Shown: positions 12,917-25,282 of the stretch, piece after piece
Layout: the number at the start of each line of letters is the position of its first letter
How positions within the stretch are numbered: the stretch's first letter is position 1
DNA from: Eledone cirrhosa
Lineage: Eukaryota
Length of the DNA: 64,000 bases
Direction: 5' to 3'
NCBI GenBank assembly: GCA_964016885.1
Contig: OZ024742.1
Span: 318,494,001 to 318,558,000 of the forward strand
Made by a program: the position numbers and the translations under genes
The notes under the pieces: model-generated
Database searches by the model: none
What the model saw: only the letters and a program-made list of their open reading frames with translations
Told to the model about the DNA's origin: nothing

Positions 12917-13042
12917 TATGTTTATTCTGCTACAATTCTTTCACCAATGATCTGGTTCAAAATCATTCTCAGTTACATATCATTATATAACCGTAGGGTT
13001 TAATTCCTTAAGTCACTGGCTCTTCAGGTGTATTAAAACATT
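12917..13042 (-). ncRNA. Degenerate hammerhead ribozyme motif, same architecture
   Basis: Minus strand reads CTGAAGA-gccagtga...tcattggt-GAAAG-aatt-GTA. 8-bp stem II base; position 15.2 is G instead of C; stem I decayed. Confidence 0.55.
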
Positions 13043-13581
13043 GACTTTTTAAAAACCAGTCTGCTGCAGAAGGAAAAAGACTCAATGTCTCTTATTCAAC
13101 AATCTTGTGAACAAAAACAAAGATAAAACATAATTTTATGTATATATATATATATATATATTTAATACAAAATGAAAACCAAGTTTGCTAATCGAGATTC
13201 ATTTTTAATCTCAATAATTGTTTCTTTAGAATAAGTGTGGTGCCAGTACATGTAGTCAGTGAATTGAACTGCTACTATTAATAATTTAAATGGCATTCCA
13301 ACACAGATCTGCATTTCTTCAGGAAAATAGTAGAAGTAGGAGTTGGATTACTTGGCACATCAGGAAGAATATAGGTAAACAATATAAAAAGTTATCAGCA
13401 AGCTTACAAACGACAAAGAAAAAAATATATAAACTAAAAGTTGTAAGGTATTTAGACCAGCATTCTAACATTTCAGTCACTCTGCTTTCCTCTACAAGAA
13501 TTATAATAATGATGATTATTTCTATAATAAAGATATATGTCTGTATAAAAGTGTAATTTTTATCACTTCATTGTTTCACAG

Positions 13582-13691
13582 CTGGCAGATTGAAAAGGAG
13601 CCAATCGTTAATTTATCGGAAAGAGAAAGCCAAGCCAACTCTTGCTCTAAGCAACTCATCAAAGGGTTCTGATTCCAATAGATCTTCTCAG
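13582..13691 (+). CDS. RAB11FIP: Rab11-FIP exon, Ser/Lys-rich linker
   Basis: tttcacag| and cag|gtaggt. Open frame GRLKRSQSLIYRKEKAKPTLALSNSSKGSDSNRSSQ. Phase 1/0 fits the previous exon. Confidence 0.8.
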
Positions 13692-13860
13692 GTAGGTGCA
13701 ATTCTACATGTTGATGTCAACTTGTCTCATTCGTTTTTAAGTTCTTCACAAATAATTACTGAAATCTAGCTTTCAATGGATGAAGCCTTCTCACCCCCAG
13801 AAAATCATGAATGTTAAAATAATAAAGGATTCATAAAAGCCACTATATAAAAAAAAAAAT

Positions 13861-13891
<31 letters not shown>

Positions 13892-14488
13892 GTAGGTATG
13901 TGTTCAATTATAGGGGATAAAACACCACCGGAATTAAAAGGGATGGAGAATACATATCAATTAAAAGAATAAATTAAAATGCACAAACTATCCTTTTATA
14001 ACTATAACACCTGGACAAACTCAAATAAATGAATGTTTTGCCATAAAAAGTGAAGATTGTATATTGCAGAGGGCTTAACAGGTGGGCTACAATATGGTCC
14101 TCACTTCTAAAAATATATCAGATAACTAAAATAACGCACATGATGTAAAGAGAAGAAAACAGGCACGTTATCTAGTCCATGGTGGTGTGAATGTACTGAA
14201 AGACCACTAGAAATAGCAGCTCAGAACCATTCAACTTAAGAAGCTCTACTTGAATGAAGAAATGAATTAGGAGCCAATATATCAAATAAAAAAACCGAGT
14301 TAATTGATATGTATTCTCCATCCCTTTCGTAGACAATGTTTTTCACTCTGGTGGTATTCTACCCACTATAATTGAACACATACCTCTTTGTGTATTTTTC
14401 TCTATATCGTGCAGACAGACAGTCGTGCAGACAGACTTTAAGCCAAAAAAGAAACTTAACATTGTAACTTTAACACAGCTACTGAGCG

Positions 14489-14519
14489 ACCCCGAGCAAC
14501 GCCGGGCTTTACTGCTAGT
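14489..14519 (+). mobile_element. Helitron-like 3' terminus
   Basis: GC hairpin cccgagcaacgccggg followed about 8 nt later by CTAG|T. No convincing 5' A|TC end was located. Confidence 0.45.
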
Positions 14520-14630
14520 ATATATATATATATACATGTATATATATATGTATATGTATATATATATATACATATACATATGTATATATGTATACATATA
14601 CATATATATATATGTATATATACATATATA

Positions 14631-15360
14631 TTGCATGCTCCGCTGGATGTGTAACAGTAGTATACGTGAACGGCAAAGCATAAACGAACTAAGGAAAAAA
14701 TTAGAAATAAGAGGGATCAGATGTTGTTTACTCGAGAGAGGGCTACGTTGGTATGGACACGTGATGCGCATGAAAGTCGATAGCTGTATAACAAAGTGCA
14801 GGGCAATAAAGATAGATGGTAGCCACGGAGTAGGCAGACCCAGAAAAACCTGGGACGAGCTGATAAACTCCGACCTCACACACTTACACCTCTCCAAGAC
14901 AATGTCACTGGACCGAGACCTTTGGCAGTACTCAGTAACAGAGAAGACCCGCCTTACCTAAATACATAGTAAAACCTACTACAGCCAGTAGGCATCTCTA
15001 ACAAAATACCCCCCCCCCCCCCCGTCCCACCACCCCCACCCCATCCACACCACCCCGTTCTATGTAAAGTTGTGTTGGTGCCACACCATCCAGGCCGAAA
15101 CAAATGAGATCGTGTAGGTGTCACGACAAAAAAACACACAGTCCACGCTGTAACGTGGCCGTGTAGGCAACACGGTAAAAACCTCCCAGACCCACACTGT
15201 AAATGTGGTTGGTGTTAGGAAGGGCATCCAACTGTAGAAAACCTGCCAGACAGTCCTATGCGAGCAAGACAATCACTCTTGCCTCAAGTGGGACTACCCC
15301 CGTCCAAACCCATGCAAGTGTGGAACACGGACGTTAAACGTTGATGATGATGATGATGAT
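14631..15360 (+). mobile_element. RTE LINE subfamily A, 3' fragment
   Basis: Near-identical to 12110-12840. Starts directly after a (TA)n tract and ends in (GAT)n. Confidence 0.92.
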
Positions 15361-16795
15361 ACTGTCTTATAAAGAGCCCGGATTCTATTCTTTGAGCTCA
15401 TTAAATTACTCTGTTTTTTAATTTGATATATATATATATGTCATCATCATCACTGTTTTACGTCCATTCTTCCACGCTAGCATGGGTTAGATGGGTTGTC
15501 CTGTTGTGGGCAATGCCAGGCTTGATTTCTACAGCTGGATGCCCTTTCTAACACCAACAATATATATATATATATATATATTAGTTTCATCTTGATAGTG
15601 GCCCTCTAAGACAAGTGAAATTTGATATATTTTCATGGTAGAATTTAGTGGAAAAAGAGATAAATCTTCTCCGAGACAAGGTGCCATTATATTCCAAATA
15701 ACATAACCAACAAGATGATTCGGTGCCTACTCTTAGACATTAAAGAGAACTGAGACCCATAAAATTAAGTATTCAATGCAAATACATAACAAAACACTCC
15801 CAGCAGATTTGAATTCTATAAGTTCTATAAGCTGGTAGTCCTATAACATGCAAATGATTCAAAATTCTTAATATTACAATCTGATGTAGAATTGTAACAG
15901 ATACACAACATTTTTTAAAATGAGACATTAAAAAAATTATAAAGATTATTTTAAATAGAGAAAACTGATGAAAGCTACAACACAGACAATACAAACATTT
16001 TAAGGTCATTTTCCCTGCTATAGCAGGGGTTAAACTTGTAGGCCCCACAACAGTCTTCATAGTCATCATGGGGTCCTTTTTAAGGCAATGTGTTATGGAC
16101 TGATGCCCTTCTTGATGCCAACCCTTTTAGTCACCTCTTATGACACCATCAATCAACAAGATCCCTGGCCTCATTTACTTACCAGGTGGGGTGGAACTCA
16201 TCAGATTGGACCAAGGAAACAATGTTTCTACTTCTGATACTATCTGCTGGTCTCAACTCCTGACCAGGGCTGCTGAAATTATTTTCTCAGTAGTACAAAA
16301 AGCTTTGTTTAAAAAGTACCAAAATATACAAAAACATACCAGATCCAATTACATCAATATGAAACCCCATAAATGTTAAAAAAAGAAAATATTTTACATT
16401 TACTTTATATATTTTAATTAAAAAGAAATTTCTTCTTCCACACTTTTCTTGCAGTTTGAGACAAAGTTGCTGTTGTGGATGCTACTTAGTAGTCAACATT
16501 TTGCAGCAGGGACTTTGAGCAGGGCATTTAATGTTGATGTTTTTAAAGCATTGCAATTTTTGTTTTGTTTTAGTTTCGACACACAATTTCTCATCAAGTC
16601 ACTTGCCAGACAAGTACAACATAAGGTTTCAGTTCAAGGCTCTTGCCAGTTATGTATAACACTGAAGAAGCTAACATATTTATTTATTAAAAAACATTTT
16701 TCAGATTTCAACTGGTGTTAAATCAAAGATATTTAGTAATGTCTCATAACACAAAATCCTTTCATTGACTTGGAGAGAGCTTAAGTTCTTGTATA

Positions 16796-16837
<42 letters not shown>

Positions 16838-18599
16838 ATATACTGCATTTTGGTGAAAAACATTGTTCTCTCATTATAAGTTTCGAACAGGACAATCACT
16901 GGTTTGCTGCATTACTGATGGTGAGAGTCATAAATAGGTGTCTGTATAACTGGGGTGAATAAATAATGGTTTCTAATTTAAGCACAAGGCCAACAATTTT
17001 GGGGGGAAAGGGAAAGTCGATTAAATTGACCCCAGTGCATTACCAGTACTTTAATTTATCAACCCTGTAAGGATGGAAGGCAAAGCTAACTCCAGCGGGA
17101 CTTGAACTCAGAACATAAAGGGCCATAACTCTCTGCTGTTAAGCATGTTACCCAACGCTCTACTGATTCTACGAATCCACCACTCTGGGGTGAATAAATA
17201 ATTGTTTCTACTATTGGCACAAGGCCAGCAATCACCCAGTACATTACTGGTACTTTATTTTATCGACCCCGTAAGGGTGAAAGGCAAAGTTAATCTCAGC
17301 GGGATTTGAACTCAGAATGGCAAGGGCCGTAACTCTATGCATCAAAGCATGGCGTCCGACCCTCTACCGATACTGCCAATTCACCCCCCGAGGTGAATAA
17401 ATAATACAAAGTATATTTGGTTTAAATTCACCAGTTTATTAGTTTTGAGTGATACTCTCCCAAAAAACAGTATTATTACAGGAATGAATAATGTCTGCGA
17501 CCACACACACACACACAGTTATGTTTTGGTAGTCATTCTGCCATTAAACACATGCATCATTTCAATTTCACTACAGGTTATTATTAGTGTCTCCTCTTTA
17601 TTTTGATTTTGTTTTATTTACTCAAGCTTATCTGGAGTAATTGAAATAATATTAAAACAATGTGGAGTGACAATGAGGCAGAAATAGTTATTGAGGTCAC
17701 AGAATGTTTGATGAAAGAAAGAGATTTGACAATTTAAATAACCATCCAGTTACTAAACTGAGGAACAGATCCGTCACCTGACTAATAATGGTTTCTGCTT
17801 TAGTCACAAGGCCAACAATTTTGCAGGAGAGGAAAGTCAATTAAATCGACCCCAGTGCATTAAACATACTTTATTCTATTGACCCCGTAAGGATGAAAGG
17901 CAAAACTAACCTCAGGATGTAAAGGGGCGTAACTCTATGCCGCTAAGCATGTTGTCCAACACTCTACAATAAAACTGAAGTCCAACTCAACTGGCATGTG
18001 TGTTTTTATTGGCACCATGACCCTCCCAAATAATAATAATATCTGTTTCAACACATGTTTTCATATCAAGAATCTTGCAGATCATCACCAGTTTCCCTGC
18101 TAGCAAGAGTTAGACAAAGCAAATATAAAAAAAAACAAATATATAAAGTTATATCTGTATACCACATTAATGATTTGCAATGTATGCTGATAATACACCT
18201 TTTCTGTTCTTAAATTTATTTTATATTTATAAGATAGTTTCTTTATTTATCAACATAACCATCATCATAATTCAACAAATAAAAAAATAAAAAAGAAAAA
18301 AAACCTCACATGCAGGTAATACACACATCTAGGGCCTCATACAACAAAAGGCAGGCAAAAGGGGTGGGCAAACGAGCCACTACCAGAAGAAAAGATAATT
18401 TCTTTGGTATTTATATATTCCACACTAAAATTTACTTTTAAATATCTTATGAAACAATATTTCAAATTATCTCCTTACAGTGTTCAGCAATTTTTGTTTT
18501 AATGCCTGTATTGTACCACTAAATATTTTCAAATAACCTTGCATACATATTTGTATGTAAGTGTGTGTGTTTATTTTATACTCATGTAACTATCAGTGA

Positions 18600-18850
18600 A
18601 GGTGCATGGCTTATTGGTTAGAGAATTGAATTCACAATTGTGAGGTTACAAGTTTATTTCCCGGACTGAGCAATGTGTTGTGTCCTTGAGCAAGACACTT
18701 TATTTCACGTTGCTCTTTCTGTCAGGAGTTGTGACTGGTACATAGTATCATCAATGGAAAGATCAATAGAACCATTGTTTCCTTGGTTCGATTTGATGAG
18801 TTCCACCCTACTCGGTAAGCGAGTCAGGTTCGGGATCTTGTCGATTGAAT
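18600..18850 (+). mobile_element. CORE-like SINE with a different tail
   Basis: Same head and core, tail gtcaggagttg...aaccattgtttccttggt...ggtaagc. Copies at about 29047-29295, 52392-52740 and 16148-16270(-). Confidence 0.75.
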
Positions 18851-19354
18851 AAGAGAAGTATCATATATTTATTCCTAATATAGTTTCAAGGATTATATAT
18901 GTATAATTACATACATATTTACAGCAGCCTAAATATGTTTATTAGTAATATATTTCTATAAAAGTAGTGAGATGTTCAAAACAACATATAAAATATACTA
19001 AATACTTTAGGCATTATTTTTTATATACATTCCTTTATATCAGTGACAGCTTTACTTTTAATCCTATAACAGTTAAAGGGGGTGAGATAAGTACCAGTAA
19101 TACACTAAAGTTAACTTAATCAACTATATACTCGTTCTTCTTCAAAAAGATTTCCTGCTGTCTAATTCGAGAAATTTATACATATAAAGTTACACATAAG
19201 TGTTTGTGTGGTGTGTGTGTAAATGTGTTTATATTCATGTATATTTACAAGTATGAACAAATATACAATTATTTATTTATGGTAACACCTCATGCACTTG
19301 ATATTTGATTCCTTTCAATCTTATGATAAGTATTCAGTATATATATTTGTACAA

Positions 19355-19611
19355 TTAACCCTTTTGATACCAAACCCACTAAAAACATCCATAATTCTAT
19401 GATTCAAAACTGTTGTAAAGTATTTATATTTATCTAAAACTTTCCATCATAATTTTATGTGAGAACCTTTGTCAAGTAATGTTCAAAACACTAGCTTAAT
19501 AATGAGAAAGTTAGTTATACTAAATCCTAATGACATCCATGATGATTGTCAAATTTATTTGAAAATCTTATGTAGTGCCTTTAATGAAAAATATAGTAAC
19601 AAAAGGGTTAA
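19355..19611. mobile_element. piggyBac-like MITE family 2 (representative copy)
   Basis: TTAA-CCCTTTTGATAC...GTAACAAAAGGG-TTAA. Related copies at about 7820-8588, 9930-10108, 44641-44884, 48066-48324 and 57571-57900. Confidence 0.72.
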
Positions 19612-19689
19612 ACTACAGTGATTAAAAATAACAGTATTGATTAATTTTACATAGCTTTTATGCAACAAAAACAGCACATTAATACAAAT

Positions 19690-20218
19690 TACCTCCATCA
19701 GTTACTATACCTAACTTCCACCAGTAAATCTAACCTCCATCAATTACTGATACCTAATGTCCATCAGCTAATAACACTAACCTTTATCAGTTAGTTAACC
19801 TAACTTCCATCATTAGTTAACCTAACTTCCATCATTAGTTAACCTAACTTCCATCATTAGTTAACCTAACTTCCACCAGATAGTTGACCTAACTTCCACC
19901 AGTTAGTAAACCTAACCTTTATTAAATAATGGTTTATAACATAGGCATGAGACCAGCAATTTTGTGGAATGAAAAGTCAGTTAAATCAACCCTAGTACTT
20001 GACTGGTACTTTCTTTTATTGACTCCAGAAGGATGAACAGCAAAGTTGACCTTGGAAAAATTTGAAACAACATAAAGGGCTAGAATAAATACACATGACA
20101 CTTTATCCAAAGCCCTACCAATTCTGCCTATCCACCACCCATCAAATAGTAACCCTAACTTCCATCAAATAGTAACCCTAACTTCCATCAAATAGTAACC
20201 CTAACCTTCATCAAATAG
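19690..20218. repeat. 22/23-bp minisatellite split by a SINE
   Basis: cctaacttccatcattagttaa units to about 19920; atcaaatagtaaccctaacttcc units from 20141. Confidence 0.85.
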
Positions 20219-20364
20219 CTGCAATCCCTATCAAATTTGTGCACAGTACAATTGAAATCAGCTCAATTATTTTAAAACTTTTCTAAAACATTATCAAATC
20301 ATATCAGTCTCATCAAATCAATCTCATCACAACCCCACCCTGCCACTAATTTCATATGAGGTAT

Positions 20365-20610
20365 TGCTTTGCTACAAGCTCCTTCTCATTTCCTTTGAAA
20401 ATTGAAAGAGAACAATCCTATCATAGACATCATCTGGATGCTGGTTTAAAACACCCATCTGGCCTCTAGCATAGTCTACTTTGCTGCAGGCTCCTTCTCA
20501 CTTCCTTATAAAATTGAAAGAGAACAATATCAGCAACATAATCTGGCTCCTAGTTTAAGACAACCAACCTACCTTTGGGTGACTTTAACAGAGTCCACTT
20601 TGTTGCAAGC
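20365..20610. repeat. About 112-bp tandem duplication (2+ copies)
   Basis: tttgct.ca.gctccttctca.ttcctt..aaaattgaaagagaacaat at about 20368 and 20480, partial third copy at about 20599. Confidence 0.7.
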
Positions 20611-21231
20611 ATTCAAGCCAGGTTTCTAAGCTTAGAACACCTGGGCTTTCATCTGTGAGGCTCTGAAAACAGTCATAGGCACTCCTTGTTTCCCTAGCTA
20701 AATAGTAAAAAGAAAAAGTAGAAATAAATTAATGGAAAACACCACAATCTTATACAATTACAGATAAGGAAATAAAAACATAATCTTTAAATCTTTAATT
20801 ACAATGAAAATGTTCTTACTTATAAACTGATAATAGTCAATCCCTCTCCTTGTATTTGAACTGTTTATATTCAACTAAATACATAATTATTTGATTTGGT
20901 TTATATTAATCCCTGCTCAATTCAACTTGCCAATAAAAAATATTTCACATGTCTTAATAAGTTTACAGTAACATAGAAATAAACATGAATAAGGTTTGTA
21001 TTAAACTTTAAAATGCTGAAATATTTAAAGTGAAAGCTCATTCTAGCATTCGTAAGCTAAGTAACTACTTAGTAGATAATATCAGTAAGTACCTCCTTAA
21101 TTTACATTCACTCACTAAAAACTATTAAGAAATTCTGAAAGCTAGAGCAATAGACTCATTAAAAGAAATTTATGCCATAGAATCAGAGGAAACTAGTGAG
21201 TACAAAAAAGTTCACAAAATAGTATATATAT

Positions 21232-21576
21232 GGAGGCATATGGCTTAGTGGTTAGAACATCGGCCTTGCAATCGAAAGGTTGTGAGTTCAATTCTCAGAG
21301 CGGGTGATGTGTTGTTTCCTTGAGCAAGAGACTTTATTTCACATTGCTCCAGTTTACTCAGCTGTAGAAATGAGATGACAGGGACTGGGGTCCCTATCAT
21401 TCCACTGCAAAGTGGTCGTGGAGGTGCCACGGCAAAAAAGCACCCAGCACTCACTGTAAATGAGGTAGGTGTTAGGAAGGGCATCCAGCTGTAGAAATCA
21501 TGCCAGAATCAGTTCCCGTCCCACCCTTGCAAGCAGGGAAAAGCGGACGTAAAATGAAATGATGATGATGATGATG
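21232..21576 (+). mobile_element. tRNA-headed CORE-like SINE with RTE-derived tail
   Basis: A box tggcttagtgg, B box gttcaattc, core ccttgagcaaga.acttta. Tail shares ggtgttaggaagggcatcca.ctgtagaaa, cggacgt and (GAT)n with the RTE 3' UTR. Near-identical copy at 40213-40549. Confidence 0.85.
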
Positions 21577-21577
21577 G

Positions 21578-21925
21578 TCTGCTGTTTACAAGGCCTTTCA
21601 TTTGAGAAAGGCTCAGCTGTAAGTTAGTTTCTTGTTTACTAGGCCTTTCATTGGAGAAGCGCTCTGCTGTAAGTTAGTTTCTTGTTTACAAGGCCTTTCA
21701 TTGAAGAAGAGCTTTGCTGTAAGTTAGTTTCTTGTTTACTGGACCTTTCATCTTAAAAAACCCTGCTGTTTATTCAGTACAGGGGTCTTTCATTAGAGGA
21801 GAGAGCCTTGTTATAAGTTTATTTTTTACAGTTTTTCTTTGGACTATAAGCTAGTTTGTTTATAGAACCTTTCATTGGAGAAGGGCTCAGCTGTAAATTA
21901 GTTTACTATTTACATGCTCTTTCAT
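21578..21925. repeat. 50-bp tandem repeat, about 7 degenerate copies
   Basis: gct..gctgtaagttagtttcttgtttac.aggcctttcatt units at 21611, 21661 and 21711. Confidence 0.85.
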
Positions 21926-22070
21926 CTGAAATTGTTTTTCTTTGTTTCTATTTCCTTATATGCTACCAATGAGCACTGCATCTTTAAAAGTAATAAAATC
22001 TTTACAGAGACACAATTAATAGCAGTTTTAGACAATGTTAATTTTTCAGTTTCTCATTCTCTATTGGCAG

Positions 22071-22214
22071 GTTTTAGACTTCAGTTCATCAAAAGATGAA
22101 CTTCATATGTCTAACAAAAACACAGGCTGCAGTAAATCTGTTGATAATATATTCATGACGCAACAACACATACATCAGCAGGCCTCCTGCACACCCTTGA
22201 CCATGGCATATTTG
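22071..22214 (+). CDS. Candidate symmetric (cassette) Rab11-FIP linker exon
   Basis: Pyrimidine tract plus ggcag| acceptor and ttg|gtttgt donor. 48 open codons VLDFSSSKDELHMSNKNTGCSKSVDNIFMTQQ...MAYL, phase 0/0, non-repetitive. No homology support. Confidence 0.5.
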
Positions 22215-23814
22215 GTTTGTAACCATCTTCAATGTTTCGCATGCCTCTTGTCTACCAATTACCTCGCACCTTCTCCTTTTCTCTTTCTTCCGTTTTATTT
22301 AAATATGGCCCCCCCACACTCAACTCCCTTTTGATTAAGAACTCCTTCCAAGCTTCATTTCCTTCAAAGCAAGAAAGTTGTGTACCTTGCTCATATAAAC
22401 TCTTCATATCCATGTTTTGCTTTCTTTGGCTTTTACTTTTTGGCAAATTTTCTTTCTTATTCGCTTTGCCCACATGACCATCACTATGGAAAAAAAACAT
22501 CTTCCTGTTGCTTCATCATCATTATCATCATCACTACCATCATCATTATCATCATCATCAACACCACCATCATTATCACCAACACCACCATCATTATTAC
22601 CATTATCACTATCATCTGCTTATTGCTATTTTTATCCATGTGTGCATTTGCTGCAGTACATTATTATAAGTAGGTTGAGAATAACAGAAATGGTAGAGTG
22701 AAAAGTATTTAGTTTTGACTCTCTGTTTCTGAGCTCAAACCTCTGTTGGGGATCAACTTTCTATTTTTTTCATTTATCTGGTATTAATGTTAAAATAATT
22801 GTCATGTACAACGTTTCCTCTAATTTGTGTGAATATGCTGCCATATAGCCATGTAGTTGCATATTGGTGCTACACACATCAAAATAGTGCCATTCAGTAG
22901 CTTTGGTGAAGATGTGGAGCCTAGTGTGAAGAGTTTGGGGGTTCATGAATATAAGGTTGTGATTCCCAGATAAAATGGCACATTGTGTTCTTGAAAAAGG
23001 CACTTGTTTTCATCTGAGTAGTCTAAAACAGCTTGAAATTAATTAGTACCAGCAGCTGAGGATTAACCCTGCAATTGACTGGTAGCCTGGCCAATGGGGA
23101 AGTCTTGTACTTTAATTGCCTTAGCTGACGAAACTTGGATAAACCCAAACTGATGAGCTTCTAGGCTTAAAGGAGACTTTTGACACTACCTTGAAATGTT
23201 GCTACACATATCAAAATCCTGCCTTGCTGTATCTTTGAATTTATACAGCAAATTGGTAGAGTTATTAGAACATCGAACAGAATGCTTTGTAGTGTTTATT
23301 CAAATCTCACTAAGGTCAAATTTGTCTTTTATCCTTTCGAGGTCAATAAAATACTAGTCTAGTACTGGGGTTGATTTTTCCTCTATAGCTCACTTCCTCT
23401 CTTTCACTCCTTCATTGGAAGAAATCAGCTGTATTTTAATCTGGAGAGGGGATGGGCTCTACCAGGCTTAAAGTATGTTTCAATAATACTCTTATGGTTT
23501 CAGCAGGAGTTATGGCTCCATACATATTTAAGTTTAAAATACTTTTGCTCAAAGCATCAGAAGTTCAATTCAGTGGCTGAAAAGAATTAAAGGAAACGTT
23601 GATCATGAACTGGGGTTGATTCAGTTTACTAAACCACTCTCCTACAAATCCTAATTATAAGAAAGTTCATTGAAGAGTTCCATAGGTTCAGTTATTGTGA
23701 TTAGTAAAGAGTCAATTTCTAGTTTTTACCATTCACAGTAAATAAATTTATCTTAATCTATGTGCTTTATTATAACCATATATATATTTATACATACATT
23801 AATGTAAATATATA

Positions 23815-24714
23815 CGAGGTGTGTCAGAAAAGTTCCAGGACTGATGTCACAAAAGATTTATTTCAAACCCAAATTTCACACTAAGAGTTTTCTCCTTCAA
23901 AGTAACCCCCCCTGGAGTATGTAACTGTAATCTTAGCTCTCTGCAGCGATCAAACATTTATCTTCATAATGTTATATACATGTCCTCTGTTTCAGGTCGT
24001 CAAGCAATGAGCACAGAGCAACGAACAAACTTGAAGTTTCTAATACGATTGGGGAAAACTCCACTGCAGCAAGTGTATGGAGATGAGACGATGTCATGCT
24101 CACGTGTTTTTGAGTGGTGCAAGAGGTTTAAAGAAGGATGCGAGGACGTGGAAGATGACCCCAGGAGCGGAAGGCCCTCAACAACCAGGACTGAGGTCAA
24201 CGTTGAGCGCATCAGGCAGATGGTCCATAGCAATCGTCGGCTGACTGTTCGACTGATGGCAAATGAGCTGGGCATGAATTGGGACAGCGTCTGGAAGATT
24301 CTCACTGAAGATTTGGACATGCGGAAAGTCTGCGCGAAGATGGTGCCAAAACTGCTGAACGATGGCCAGAAGGGTCGACGTATGCAAGTGTGCCAGGACA
24401 TCCTCGAGCGTCTTGAAACTGAACCAGACTTGCTAGGGACAGTCATCACCGGTGATGAGTCATGGATCTTCGAGTACGACCTGGAGGGAACCCGTTTTGA
24501 AGACGTGGACGACATCAAAAAGGGTGTGACGATGGAACTGCGGAGGATCCTGGAAGAATCCTTCCAGGAGTGCATGCAAGCGTAGCAGAAAAGGATGGGA
24601 AAGTGCATTAGACTCCAGGGGGATTACTTTGAAGGAGAAAACTCTTAGTGTGAAGTTTGGGTTTGAAATAAATCTTTTGTGATATCAGTCCTGGAACTTT
24701 TCTGACACACCTCG
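23815..24714 (+). mobile_element. Internally deleted mariner transposon with about 104-bp TIRs and TA TSD
   Basis: TIR CGAGGTGTGTCAGAAAAGTTCCAGGACTGAT... on both ends, flanked by TA. ORF 23980..24585 has mariner HTH motifs (QVYGDETMS..VFEWCKRFKEG, DDPRSGRPST, KMVPKLL) and ITGDESW; most of the DDD domain is deleted. Confidence 0.93.
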
Positions 24715-24722
24715 TATATATA

Positions 24723-24790
<68 letters not shown>

Positions 24791-25249
24791 TTAATGTATA
24801 ACAATGCATAAACACAGTTAATAACTGAATGAGTACTAAATACATATAAGTTGAGTATAAAGTTTTTTTACAAGGAAGTGGTTCACATTGACTTTGAAGT
24901 GTCGCCTGTTGTATCATGACTGTTTTACGTCCATTTTCCACACTAACATGGGTGTGTATATATATATATATATATAGTTTATTAAAGTTGATCCAGTAAC
25001 CTGTTTATGACTGGTTCCTCTGTCAGCTGTATGCTAAATCTAGTAGATCATCATTAATAAACCATTGATCATTACTATCATATTGAGTACTTATTATTAT
25101 GTTCATCAAAACTAACAGATATGTATATATATATATCATCATCATTTTATGTCCTTTTTCCAACTGGTGAGTGTATATATATATATACATATATATATAT
25201 ATGCACGTAAATAAAACCGTTCAATAACTACCCTAAATATACACTACAC

Positions 25250-25282
<33 letters not shown>

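Noticed and set aside
21232-21305. tRNA gene
   Set aside because: tRNA-like A/B boxes continue into a SINE core and tail and recur in several copies; this is a SINE head.
19690-21925. CRISPR-like arrays
   Set aside because: Tandem repeats without unique spacers, in a eukaryotic intron, with no cas genes.
24000-24608. 202-aa antisense ORF over the mariner, and similar antisense ORFs over RTE copies
   Set aside because: Shadow frames of transposon coding sequence.
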